Shown: positions 24,501-37,100 of the stretch, one piece after another
How the letters are laid out: each line of letters opens with the position of its first letter
Numbering within the stretch: the stretch's first letter is position 1
Assembly: GCA_950097015.1 (NCBI GenBank)
Contig: CATNEN010000024.1
Coordinates: 248,001 to 312,000 of the forward strand
Source of the DNA: Macrostomum hystrix
Lineage: Eukaryota > Animalia > Platyhelminthes
DNA length: 64,000 nucleotides
Reading direction: 5' to 3'
The notes under the pieces: generated by a model
Database searches by the model: none
Seen by the model: the letters and a program-made list of their open reading frames with translations, nothing else
What the model was told of the DNA's origin: nothing
Position numbers and translations under genes: made by a program

Positions 24501-26581
24501 GGCTGTGGTGGATCTGTCCAACTATGCGCAGTGCCGGGAGGAGGGCCTCGATGTCAAGCTGAAGAATGCCGGCCACGAGGGCTGCCGGGTGCACGGCCTC
24601 CTGCTGGTGAGCGGATTCAGCATGTGATTTTTTGTACATATTTTGTAAGATTTTGTACTTATTTTGTGTGATTTTGTAATTATTTTGTAAGATTTTGCAC
24701 ATATTTTCTGTGATTTTGTACATATTTTGTGTGATTTTGTACATATTTTGTGTGATTTTGTACACATTTTGTGTGATTTTGTACATATTTTGTGTGATTT
24801 TGTACATATTTTGTGAGATTTTGTACATATTGTGTGTGATTTTGTACATATTGTGTGTGATTTTGTACATATTGTGTGTAATTTTGTACATATTGTGTGT
24901 GATTTTGTACATATTGTGTGTGATTTTGTACATATTGTGTGTAATTTTGTACATATTGTGTGTCATTTTGTACATATTTTGTGTAATTTTGTACTTATTT
25001 TGTGTGGTTTTGTACATATTTTGTGTGATTTAAAATTCTTTAGTGTGAATTTTCTGATTCCTAAGGGTGATTTTTGACATTTTTGAGTTTTGCATTTTTT
25101 AGCCCAATCTAGCTATTCTTTTGCAATCTTCGAAGTCTTAACAAACGAATCGGAGCGTTTCCCAAACCCTCCGCCTGCAGGTGAACAAAGTGGCTGGCAA
25201 TTTCCATTTCGCCCCTGGCAAGAGCTTCGAACAGTCGCACATGCACGTGCACGATCTATCCGGCCTACGCGGCGTCAGCTTCAACCTGAGCCACAATGTG
25301 CACTCTCTCAGCTTTGGCGATACGTACGACGGTCGGGTTAACCCGCTGGACGGACACAGCCGCGTGTTCCTTGACGGATCAGCCACTAAACTGGTCTCCT
25401 ACTATGTTAAGGTTTGCAGGGCCGTCTACATCTGCGTTTTTTAATTATACTGCACATCAGGCCTAACCGCCAACTCTTCCCAGATCCCAATTTAGGGATT
25501 GGGATACGGAATACGGAAGGAGGTTATGGAAGTCATATCTCATCCCAGATCCCCAATTGGGAATTAGGAGGTCATATCTCATCCCAGATTCCCAATTGGA
25601 AATAAGGAGGTCATATCTCATCCCAGATACCCAATTGGGAATAACGAGGTCATATCTCATCCCAGATCCCCAATTGGGAATCAGGAGGTCATATCTCATA
25701 CCAGATCCCCAATTGGGAATAACGAGGTCATATCTCATACCAGATCCCCAATTGGGAATAACGAGGTCATATCTCATACCAGATCCCCAATTGGGAATAA
25801 CGAGGTCATATCTCATCCAAGATCCCCAATTGGGAATAACGAGGTCGTATCTCATCCCAGATCCCCAATTGGGAATAACGAGGTCATATCTCATCCCAGA
25901 TACCCAATTGGGAATAACGAGGTCATATCTCATCCCAGATACCCAATTGGAAATAAGGAGGTCATATCTCATCCCAGATACCCAATTGGGAATAACGAGG
26001 TCATATCTCATCCCAGATACCCAATTGGAAATAAGGAGGTCATATCTCATCCCAGATCCCCAATTGGGAATAACGAGGTCGTATCTCATCCCAGATCCCC
26101 AATTGGGAATAACGAGGTCGTATCTCATCCCAGATCCCCAATTGGGAATAAGGAGGTCATATCTCATCCCAGATCCCCAATTGGGAATAAGGAGGTCATA
26201 TCTCATCCCAAATCCCCTTTAAGTAGGCAGGTGTCTCAGCCCAGATTCATATTCTTGTATACGCATGCGGGAATTCTCGCACCCGCACAGGTGGTGCCCA
26301 CCCTGTACACCTCGCTGAATGGCACTGAGACCAGCAGCAATCAGTACTCGGTGACCAAGCACGAACGCGGCTCGGTCAATCTGCCCGGCGTGTTCTTCTA
26401 TTACGAGATCTCGCCAATTCTGGTGCGCATCAGCGAGCGGCGCCGTTCGTTCGGCCATTTTCTGACCTCAGTGTGCGCCATCATAGGCGGAGTGTTCACT
26501 GTGGCCAGCCTTATTGACGCATTCTTCTATCATTCTAGTCGGGTTATACAGCAGAAGCTGGCCATCGGCAAGCAGACCTGA
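21516..26581 (+). CDS. ERGIC3: ER-Golgi intermediate compartment protein 3 (Erv46 family), 398 aa, 4 exons
   Basis: Exons 21516-21896, 24313-24606, 25181-25411, 26291-26581, all phase 0, 1197 nt total. Motifs LDVYSKP, ISFPAMPCDFLTLDSMDVSGE, CGSCYGAE...CCNTC, EGCRV..LLVNKVAGNFHFAPG, NPLDG, PGVFFYYEISP, CAIIGGVFTVA, C-terminal GKQT. Confidence 0.97.
22130..24035 (+). repeat. 33-bp minisatellite (AAAATTCTAAATCCCCGAAACTTTGAAATCCTG)n, ERGIC3 intron 1
   Basis: Visible tandem units; the 11-aa periodicity (DLEFSGFQSFG) of the antisense ORFs confirms the 33-bp period. Confidence 0.96.
24625..25030 (+). repeat. 21-bp minisatellite (GTGATTTTGTACATATTTTGT)n, ERGIC3 intron 2
   Basis: Visible tandem units. 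Confidence 0.95.
25510..26215 (+). repeat. 39-bp minisatellite (GAGGTCATATCTCATCCCAGATCCCCAATTGGGAATAAC)n, ERGIC3 intron 3
   Basis: About 18 visible units; 13-aa periodicity in the spurious ORFs. Confidence 0.95.
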
Positions 26582-26839
26582 TCTGGCAGTTTGATCTGCT
26601 TTGATTATTTCTTATTTGCAAGACAACTTCATTATTTATTAGTTAAAATATAGAAATAAATATAACTTCCTAAACATTCTCTTTATTTGTTTCCTTTATC
26701 TGCGCGTAATATACTACTCATTTTGACTTGCGTGTAGTAGTGAACAAAGGGATTAGTAACTATTTTCTCATGGTTATTAAATATATAACTCCTTATATGT
26801 GCTCCTTATAAATCTATATAAATCTTCAGGATGAGACAA

Positions 26840-27092
26840 GGCGGTTGTAGGCTAGTGGTTAGAGAGTCGGACTCAGGACTGGAAGGTCGGGGGTTCGATT
26901 CCCGACTCCACTTGAAAACTTTGTGTCCTTTAGCAAGAAACTTAACTCTGCATTGCTTCACTTCACCCAGCTGTTAAATGGGCACCAGCATTATCTGGGG
27001 TAATTGAGGGTCCCAGTCCATGGACTGAACAGCCGTACGCAGCCTTCAGATGCGCCGCGCAATAGCTGCGGCTGTGCTGTCTGCTTATTATT
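26840..27092 (+). mobile_element. tRNA-derived SINE family 1 (CORE-like central domain)
   Basis: A box TAGGCTAGTGG, B box GGTTCGATTCC, central CTTAACTCTGCATTGCTTCACTTCACCCAGCTGTTAAATGGG, 3' palindrome CAGTCCATGGACTG, short TTA tail. Homologous to four other copies in the window. Confidence 0.88.
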
Positions 27093-27156
27093 GACTTGCG
27101 AATCGTAGTGAACGAAAGGGATTATGAACCATTTTCATGACTGTATAATTAAGTAG

Positions 27157-27550
27157 AAAGACCATAGGGGTATTTCAAAAACCTGATTTTCATTTTTCTG
27201 TAACTCCTAAATTATTCAACCAATCGCCATCCGATGAGACAACTTCAAGAATCACAAGCATCGGCATCGTCGAGACATTCAATTTCGTTTTATGCTCACG
27301 AAATGTCATCATGTGATCATGTCGGCTATCAGTTTTGTCTATTTTGGATTTATTCAATTGTTTATTTTTTCATTTTTGAACCAATACGGATTTGCCCTTG
27401 TGGTTATTACAGTGTACTGTTTTAGTGGTCCTTGTCATCGGGATCTCCGACACAGACGAACGAAAATCGGGCGGACAAAAATCTATCATTCGGTTAGGGA
27501 GCTGTCGTGAATTGGGCAGTGGGTATTTTAAATATCCCCCCATGGTCTTT
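27157..27550. mobile_element. TIR-bounded MITE family C, copy 2
   Basis: Left AAAGACCATAGGGGTATTTCAAA and right reverse complement AAAGACCATGGGGGATATTTAAA; internal homology to 11398-11879. Confidence 0.75.
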
Positions 27551-28129
27551 TGACTGTTAAGGGACGCCTAGCCCAGATTCGATAGGCTGTGTACAGTTGT
27601 TCAGTCCATGGACTGGCAAGACCAGCACACCACCCAGCTGATACAAATACCAATTTTATAACTGGTTAAACTGAAGCACTGAGGAATTTATAGTTTATTT
27701 GGCTAAGACTGTCATTGACAATGTTCAGCAGTTGCGTCTCTTCACTAAGCACTTTTTTCATTTCCTGTTTTCGTCAAGTCTGCCCCTCTCTATATTTCTA
27801 GTTTTACTCCTGTGCCAAATATAACTTTTTATAAGTATCCCAGACTATTGACTGCTGCTGAATACGGGAATACAGTTTATTGGCATACAACCTTTATTAA
27901 CAGTTATTATTTGTCGTCTGTTTTCATTGCATGCCTTGTTGTTTTGCTTATTGAACGGTTCGCTGTGATTTAGTTTATTAAAAAGTTGATTAAAAATTTG
28001 TTTGTTTTCACTCATGCCTATCTGTTTTCTTGTTCAGTGTTTTATTTAATTTTTTAGTTTGCGATATTTATGTCTTATTCCTGTGCTCCTGTACCAACCC
28101 TCAGGTTGGTAGCCTAAAGCTTTAGACAT

Positions 28130-30095
28130 CGTTTATCCACCGAATCTTCTCTCCCCTGAAGCTTCACCTGAGGAGTATTGTATCCGCCAAACTCCTCTCC
28201 CCTCAAGCTTCACCTGAGGAGTATTGTATCCACCGAATCTCCTCTCCCCTGAAGCTTCACCTGAGGAGTATTGTATCCACCGAATCTCCTCTCCCCTGAA
28301 GCTTCACCTGAGGAGTATTGTATCCACCGAATCTCCTCTCCCCTGAACCTTCACCTGAGGAGTATTGTATCCGCCAAATCTTCTCTCCCCTGAACCTTCA
28401 CCTGAGGAGTACTGTATCCACCGAATCTCCTCTCCCCTGAAGCTTCACCTGAGGAGTATTGTATCCACCGAATCTTCTCTCCTCTGAAGCTTCACCTGAG
28501 GAGTATTGTATCCACCGAATCTCCTCTCCCCTGAAGCTTCACCTGAGGAGTATTGTATCCATCAAATCTCCTCTCCCCTGAAGCTTCACCTGAGGAGTAT
28601 TGTATCCGCCAAATCTTCTCTCCCCTGAACCTTTACCTGAGGAGTATTGTATCCACCGAATCTTCTCTCCTCTGAAGCTTCACCTGAGGAGTATTGTATC
28701 CATCAAATCTCCTCTCCCCTGAAGCTTCACCTGAGGAGTATTGTATCCACCGAATCTCCTCTCCCCTGAAGCTTCACCTGAGGAGTATTGTATCCACCGA
28801 ATCTCCTCTCCCCTGAACCTTCACCTGAGGAGTACTGTATCCACCGAATCTCCTCTCCCCTGAAGCTTCACCTGAGGAGTATTGTATCCACCGAATCTCC
28901 TCTCCCCTGAAGCTTCACCTGAAGAGTATTGTATCCACCAAATCTTCTCTCCCCTGAAGCTTCACCTGAGGAGTATTGTATCCACCGAATCTCCTCTCCC
29001 CTGAACCTTCACCTGAGGAGTATTGTATCCACCGAATCTCCTCTCCTCTGAAGCTTCACCTGAGGAGTATTGTATCCACCGAATCTCCTCTCCCCTGAAC
29101 CTTCACCTGAGGAGTATTGTATCCACCGAATCTCCTCTCCTCTGAAGCTTCACCTGAGGAGTATTGTATCCACCGAATCTCCTCTCCCCTGAACCTTCAC
29201 CTGAGGAGTATTGTATCCGCCAAATCTTCTCTCCCCTGAACCTTCACCTGAGGAGTACTGTATCCACCGAATCTCCTCTCCCCTGAAGCTTCACCTGAGG
29301 AGTATTGTATCCACCGAATCTTCTCTCCTCTGAAGCTTCACCTGAGGAGTATTGTATCCACCGAATCTTCTCTCCCCTGAAGCTTCACCTGAGGAGTATT
29401 GTATCCATCAAATCTCCTCTCCCCTGAAGCTTCACCTGAGGAGTATTGTATCCGCCAAATCTTCTCTCCCCTGAACCTTCACCTGAGGAGTATTGTATCC
29501 GCCAAATCTTCTCTCCCCTGAAGCTTCACCTGAGGAGTATTGTATCCATCAAATCTCCTCTCCCCTGAAGCTTCACCTGAGGAGTATTGTATCCACCGAA
29601 TCTCCTCTCCCCTGAACCTTCACCTGAGGAGTATTGTATCCGCCAAATCTTCTCTCCCCTGAACCTTCACCTGAGGAGTACTGTATCCACCAAATCTTCT
29701 CTCCCCTGAAGCTTCACCTGAGGAGTATTGTATCCACCGAATCTTCTCTCCTCTGAAGCTTCACCTGAGGAGTATTGTATCCACCGAATCTTCTCTCCCC
29801 TGAAGCTTCACCTGAGGAGTATTGTATCCACCAAATCTTCTCTCCCCTGAAGCTTCACCTGAGGAGTATTGTATCCGCCAAATCTTCTCTCCCCTGAACC
29901 TTCACCTGAGGAGTATTGTATCCGCCAAATCTTCTCTCCCCTGAAGCTTCACCTGAGGAGTATTGTATCCATCAAATCTCCTCTCCCCTGAAGCTTCACC
30001 TGAGGAGTATTGTATCCACCGAATCTCCTCTCCCCTGAAGCTTCACCTGAGGAGTATTGTATCCACCAAATCTTCTCTCCCCTGAAGCTTCACCT
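28130..30095 (+). repeat. About 42 copies of a highly homogeneous 47-bp intergenic minisatellite
   Basis: Unit GAAGCTTCACCTGAGGAGTATTGTATCCACCGAATCTCCTCTCCCCT; 47-bp period checked at 28204/28251. Confidence 0.97.
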
Positions 30096-31195
30096 CTATT
30101 TTCACCTTAATCCTCACCTGAGAATTGCAGCCATCTGGTTACAGGCTTTAATCATATATAGGTATTTACCTTAGTCTGTTTTTAGCTTAGATGTTTGATT
30201 TCTGTTTAAATTTTACACTTTATGCGTCATTAACACTTGAAATCGCGCTTTTTTATGTATTAGAGAATAATTTTCAAGTCTTTAAATTGACTTTTTATTG
30301 CTATTTACTTTGGTTAGTTTTTAAGCGCTAGTTATTTAGCATTAGTCAACTATATTCTGCTTTGTGTTTGAGTCTATATCTGTATTTGTCACTAAATCTT
30401 CATTAAACCATCACACTGCCACCAATCTTCTTGTCACTAGTGGCGAATTACCTTGCAAGAATATTGCTTACCTAATTCTTTGCTTACCTAATTCTGCTAT
30501 AATTTTCTTAACTGTTTCGTGTGCTTGGTGGCTAATAGTAAAAATATTATTGCTGTCTGACTTGAGAAACTTTAAAACTGATTTAGATTTACTGATATAA
30601 CATTTAACCTTTGTCTCGGATTTATGTTCGATTTTTGTTCATTTGTACAAAAAGAGGGGAGTTACTGTTAAATAGATCAGAGATGATGCTAAACTCATTT
30701 GTTGAGCCAGCGCATCTGCTCGGATGACCGAGATGCTAGTATTCCGCAGCAGTTATAATAATAGTGCTCTTAATGCCGAAACGCCGCACAGTCAGTGTGC
30801 TCAAAAATACAGCCTGTACTTAACCTGAATTCTTGACGCCTGTTTGTGTCGTGGTCAGTTTTTGCTCTACCAGAGCAGAGTGGGCCGCGAGTAGAGGAAA
30901 GGCGAACCCGTTGTAATCTCTGTTGCTAATGACAACGCACGCACGCTATATCGAGCATGCCTATCAACTTCAAACAGGCCTCTCAAACTCACTCAGCCTT
31001 ATCTCATCCACCCTCAAGCCTCGCTCCCTCCTTCCTAATTTCTGTTGTGCCCTGTGGCCGCAGCTCGGCAACAGCAATATTTTCAGTCAGAAAAAATCAA
31101 AGAAAAACTCACAGTGAAAGCAATATAACAATTACTAAGCAGTACAGAGCATACACAGTTGTCAGTCACCCTGTTGCGCTTGCTATTAAAAGCAG

Positions 31196-34100
31196 ATGGA
31201 GTCCGGATCTGATGCGACCGATCTGTCAGACTTTGAAGGTGGCGGAATCAACATCGGCGGCAATGTTGTGCCGAATGGCATCCAGGTGAATAGCTGTAGA
31301 TTGAGCATCTCTGCTCTGGATTCTGTGAGGATTGGAGGTGACGTCACCTACACTGGGTTTAAGTGGATTTTAATGTGAATGGATTCAAAGTTTTAGATTC
31401 GAATATTGACAGGGCCTGAAATCTGTGACAGTTTCGGATGGAAGATAATGGATTAGATTAGATAAGGGCAGTTCACATCCACCGCCCCTGCCGCTACTGC
31501 AGATGTACTCTGCTCAGGACCGGCATATTGACATCTACAGCCGATTCAGGAAGCGAGAATGCTGCCAGTTTGTGCCCAGACCGAACAGGTAAAATGATCT
31601 ATGGAGATTTCCTAATCTCACGATATGCCACTCTGCTAGTAGCTCTCCCAGTATCTAATGAGTCACTCTGCCAGTAACCGATGTGTCACTCAGTAACCAA
31701 TGATTCACTCTCCCAGTAACCAATGTGTCACTCAGTAACCAAATGATTCACTCTCCCAGTAACCAATGTGTCACTCAGTAACCAAATGATTCACTCTCCC
31801 AGTAACCAATGTGTCACTCAGTAACCAAATGATTCACTCTCCCAGTAACCAATGTGTCACTCAGTAACCAATGAGTCACTCTTCCGGTAATCAATAAGTC
31901 ACTCTCTCACTAACCAATGAGTCTCTCACAGCAACCAATGAGTCTCTCAGCAACCAATGAGTCTCTCACAGCAACCAATGAGTCTCTCACAGCAACCAAT
32001 GAGTCTCTCACAGCAACCAATGAGTCTCTCACAGCAACCAATGAGTCTCTCACAGCAACCAATGAGTCTCTCACAGCAACCAATGAGTCTCTCACAGCAA
32101 CCAATGAGTCTCTCACAGCAACCAATGAGTCTCTCACAGCAACCAATGAGTCTCTCACAGCAACCAATGAGTCTCTCACAGTAACCGATGAGTTACTCTC
32201 CCAGTAACCAATAAGTCACTCTACTCTCTCAGTAACCAATTAGTCACTCACCCAGTAACCAATAAGTCACTCTCTCACTAACCAATGAATCTCTCACAGC
32301 AACCAATGAGTCACTCTCCCAGTAACCAATGAGTCACTCTCCCAGTAACCAATGAGTCACCCTCCCAGTAACCAATGAGTCACTCTCCCAGTAACCGATG
32401 AGTCACTCTCCCAGTAACCAATGAGTCACCCTCCCAGTAACCAATGAGTCACTCTCCCTGTAACCGATGAGTCACTCTCCCAGTAACCAATGAGTCACTC
32501 TCCCAGTAACCGATGAGTCACTCTCCCAGTAACCAATGAGTCACTCTCCCAGTAACCGATGAGTCACTCTCCCAGTAACCAATGAGTCACTCTCCCAGTA
32601 ACCGATGAGTCACTCTCCCAGTAACCGATGTGTCACTCCCAGTAACCAATGTGTCACTCTCCTAGTAACCAATGAGTCACCCTCCCAGTAACCAATGAGT
32701 CACTCTCCCAGTAACCAATGAGTCACTCTCCAGTAACCAATGAGTCACTCTCCATTAACCGATGTGTCACACCCGCAGTCCCCGAATCTGCTATTGCAAT
32801 CGCTCAAAAGCTTGGCACGACTCTGTTGCGTTGGCGCCCGCTGCAACTCTTGACTCCGCGGACTCCGCCGCAGCCGTCGCCGCCGCCGTAGCGTCAGCAG
32901 CTCCGTCGCGATCCGCCCGGCCGCCAAAGCGCTGGAGTGTAGATACCTGCACATCGGCCTCGCCAACAGACGCCTATGGAGTGTTGCAGTTTGAGAACTT
33001 TGAGTTCGCCAGGCTGGGCCAGAATGCCAAATTCATTCGCCTGGACTCTCAGGACCTGCAGCCGCGTCGGCTCTGGAAGCTGCTGACGCGCGACTGGCGC
33101 ATCCCGGAGCCGGAGCTCATCGTCAGCGTCACCGGCGGCGCTAAGAAAATGCGCCCGATGTCTGACAAGATCATCAAGAAGCTCCGGCAAGGCATCATCA
33201 ATATAGCCACAAAGACTAGTGAGTGTGAGAACTGTTGAAGTCTTTGGGTCTGGCAACACGCCAAGTTCCCAACCGTTGTAGAAATCGACCTTCAATGGCT
33301 GATTATTAGTCAAATGATTGGGTCCATGGATGATTAAAAGGGGTACACAACCAGCTGTTCTAAAAATAGCAATAGCCAAACCCTCCTTGGCCATCCAAAT
33401 TTCATTGGCAGAGGCTTGTCACGTGATTGGGTAGACGTTTTTCGTTACATTAGGTTCCCCTCAAGCTGTTCTAAAAATAGTAACAGCTCAACCCTCAAGG
33501 ACCAATCGAATTCGAAAGCATTCTTATGATACCTGCAGAAACCTGGATTGTGACTGGTGGTTTCAACTTGGGCACCAACAAGCTGGTCGGCGAAGCCATT
33601 CGCGACTATCAGCTGGCCGGAGGCAGCGAGCGAGACGTTGTGCTCATCGGCGTCTGCCCGTGGGGCTCAGTGCGCAACAAGGAGTCCCTCCTGCTCAGCG
33701 AGGACAAGGTTTGAGTCGGCTCAGTTGAGCACACACGGGGGCACACAAAATTGCATTGGTCGTTGTTGGGTTATGGCTGCCTATCCGAGCTCAGAAAAAT
33801 GGAAGATAGATTTGATAGAAATTGCATCTTACTCAGTTAGGCCTGTTGTAGTCTTAATCAAACGACCGATTGGTCAGAAGTTCGAAGCGCCTACCGCTGA
33901 GCTAAAATGTGGACGCTGTACTCATCGGCTCACTTAGAGAGAACTCGAACCTGGGACCTACAAATATTAGTGTCTTGAGCACACTGTCCTATTAGGATTA
34001 GACAAACATTTTTGTGTCTTCAGACCCTGGAGGGCGACCTGCCGGTGTCGACCTACCGGAACCCGGAGAGTGACAACGGTGGCGGCTCCAAGAAGGGCCA

Positions 34101-37100
34101 GGCGGTGCTGGAGCCGCACCACACCCACTTCCTGCTGTGCGACGACGGCACGGACTCGCAGTTCGGCTCCGAGATCGACTTCCGGGCCAGCTTCGAGAAG
34201 AGCGCCGCCGAGCAGATGGTTCGCCGGCGCAGCCGCCGCGCCGACGGCGACCTTCGCTCGGTGACGCCCTGCGTGCACCTCATCATCGAAGGCGGCCGCA
34301 AGGACATACAGGCGGCTTTGGTCAGCGTGGAGTCCGGCGCGCCAGTGGTGGTTGTCAAGGGCTCCGGCAGAGCTGCTAACCTCATCGCCTTCATCTGCGA
34401 AAATGAGGACGTGCAGAGGTTGGGCTTCCCCTACTCCCCTTACAATTTATCCCGTTCAAATTTATATCGATTAAATTTATACCGATTAAATTTTTCCTCT
34501 CCCACTTTAATCCCCTTCCAATGTATCCCCTTCCAATTTATCCCTTTCAATTTATTCCCTTCCAATGTATCTCCTTACAATTTATTCCCTTCCAATCTAC
34601 GAGCGTATATCCTTCCAATATCCCCATCTTATTATCCCCACAATAATAATAATTATAATAATAATTGATTACACCTGCCCTAATCGGGTCAGATGTGCAG
34701 CCGCAGCTATTGCGCGGCGCATCTGAAGGCTGCGTACGGCTGTTCAGTCCATGGACTGGGGGGACGCCACACCCACCTTCAATTATCCCAACTAATGCTG
34801 GTACCCATTTAACAGCTGGGTGAACTGAAGCAATGCAGAGTTAAGTGTCTTGCTAAAGGACACAAATTGTATAAGTGGAGACGGGAATCGAACCCCCGAC
34901 CTTCAAGTCGTGAGTCCGACGCCCTAACCACTAGGCTACAACCTCTCCACTAGGCCAGAACCTCTCCACTAGGCTACAACCTCTCCACTAGGCTACAACC
35001 CTCTAGTGTCAAAATGCGGCTCAACTCACATATCCAGAGGATCCTAAATCGGTCTCGGCCTAGCAACAAAGCACCTAAGCCTTCTCAACCCCGCACCTCA
35101 TAGACACGAAATCGAGACCCTAACCGAAGAGCACTTCTCTGCCGAATTCGAGCCGGACTCGCATGAGATGCGCGAACTGGTGGACTGGCTGATGAAGCTG
35201 GCCGAGCCTCAGTGCGAGCGCATGCTCAATGTGTACGACGCCGAGTCCATGGACCCCAACGAGCAGCTGGACCGCGTCATCCTCACCGCCTTCCTGCGCC
35301 AGAAGTCGCTGAGCGCCGTCACTCAGCTGAACCTGGCGATGGCCTGGAACAGGCCGGATCTGGCCGCCCAGGAGATTTTCTCATCCGAGCGCAAGGCCAA
35401 GTGGGAGCAGCTGACTGGTCGGGATCTGGAGAACAGCATGCTGCGAGCGCTGGCCCGCAACCAGACAGAATTTGTGGCCCTGCTGTTTGACCACGGAATC
35501 AGCATTGCCAGCCTGTTGAACCTGGAGACTCTGGCTGGACTGTACAGCTCGGTAGGCCCTTATTATCCATACTCACTACAGGCAAAGTCTGTGTTCTCTC
35601 ATTTTCTACTCAATTATCCTCCTTCTAGCTGCTAAACAAGCCAGATCCGCAGATGATGCGCCTTCGAGAACAACTGGACTACCTCAGTGTAAGTTGCTAG
35701 CTCATTTTCTAGATCCTCGTCTTTTACATTCCTCAATAATCACTCACCTGAAGTTAAAGAACATTCCTCAATAGTCACTCACCTGAAGTTAAAGAACATT
35801 CCTCAATAATCACTCACCTGAAGTTAAAGAACATTCCTCAATAATCACTCACCTGAAGTTAAAGAACATTCCTCAATAATCACTCACCTGAAGTTAAAGA
35901 ACATTCCTCAATAATCACTCACCTGAAGTTAAAAAGCAAACCTACTTGTATGCTACAGACTACTTAAAGTAAGACAATTAGCATGTTCAATTAAAAACTC
36001 AGATTCCGCTGTCCAGCTGGCTGGTGTCGCAGTCCAAGACAGTGGGTTATCCCACTCGCGGCGAGAGCCACTCGGCTCATCAGGAGCGGCTGCTGCGCTC
36101 GGTTGGTCGCTTCATATCGGCCCAGTCTGGCGGGGTGCTCCGCTGTCCGTATCCCCGGCCGGACCGTGACTCCTACTTGGCCGAGGACCTGCTGCTCTGG
36201 GCCATTGTGGTACAGCGCACCGATATGGCTAGGATTGTCTGGCGGCAGGTGAGAGCGCCTTGCAGTTGTTAGGGAGACGGAGAAGGGAACCGATGTTGAA
36301 CTATGAAATATTCACATTCGCCGCAGTCAAACGACACCATCGCGAGCGCCCTGGTGTCGGCCATGATGTTGCGCAACATGAAGTCCCTCGCCGAGTCCGA
36401 GGGCTCCCTGGAGGCCAGCGTTCAGCTCTCGGCCGCAGCCGACAATTTCGAAGGCCTGGCAGCTGGCGTGCTGGCCACCTGCTACGCGCAGGACAAGCAG
36501 AAGACTTTGGACACCCTGGTGCGCCGGCTGCCGGTGTGGGACGGCCAGACTCTGCTGACGCTGGCAGATCAGGGCGAGTGCATGGAGTTCATGTCCCAGC
36601 AGGCTGTGCAGACCAAAATTAGCGACATCTGGATTGCCGGCAGCAAGACCTACCTGCCATTGTGGCGCACCCTACTGTGCATGCTCATCCCTGTGCTCAT
36701 ACCGGCTCTAATCTTTGATAAGTGGCTGCTGAGTAGCCCGCCAGCTGGCGATTCGAGCGGTGGAGTCGATGGTCAGTCTTTCGCCAAGGTGAGCGATTGC
36801 TGCTTTTGACATAACCTTTGACTGGGTTATTTTCGATAGAACCAGTCTGAAGGTCAAGCAAAACATTTGCTCGTACATTTGATGTGAACAAAATGAAAGC
36901 CTTATCAATTCGTTTGGTTTTTATTTACTCAGGGTCAATAATGAAACTCTCTATCCCCCAGATGTACATTGCCGCAGAGAAGAAATAGGAAAACTCTCTA
37001 TCCACCAGATGTACATTGCCGCAGAGAAGAAATAGGAAAACTCTCTATCCTCCAGATGTACATTGCTGCAGTGAAGAAATAGGAAAGCTCTCTAATCTCC

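Noticed and set aside
22048-26222. Periodic ORFs (DLEFSGFQSFG, MYKITHN, MRYDLVIPNWGSG)
   Set aside because: Intronic minisatellites of ERGIC3 with unit lengths divisible by three.
26840-26910. tRNA gene (also the heads at about 34940, 42400, 46150 and 63250)
   Set aside because: A and B boxes are present but no acceptor stem closes, and each head continues into a shared SINE body.
28130-30095. CRISPR-like palindromic repeats
   Set aside because: Units are head-to-tail with no unique spacers, there are no cas genes, and the context is eukaryotic.
28130-30095. Hammerhead-like CTGAGGA ... GAA in each 47-bp unit
   Set aside because: Stem II cannot pair, GAAA is GAAT or CAAA, and there is no UH cleavage triplet or stem III. 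An Infernal search with hammerhead models would be the decisive test.
31910-32207. Mucin- or antifreeze-like (SLTATNE)n ORF
   Set aside because: A 21-bp sub-array inside TRPM intron 2; all frames and both strands give equally periodic ORFs.
35745-35925. Perfect minus-strand donor CAGGTGAGT in each 35-bp unit
   Set aside because: It is antisense to TRPM and I found no minus-strand exon or acceptor context to support a transcript.
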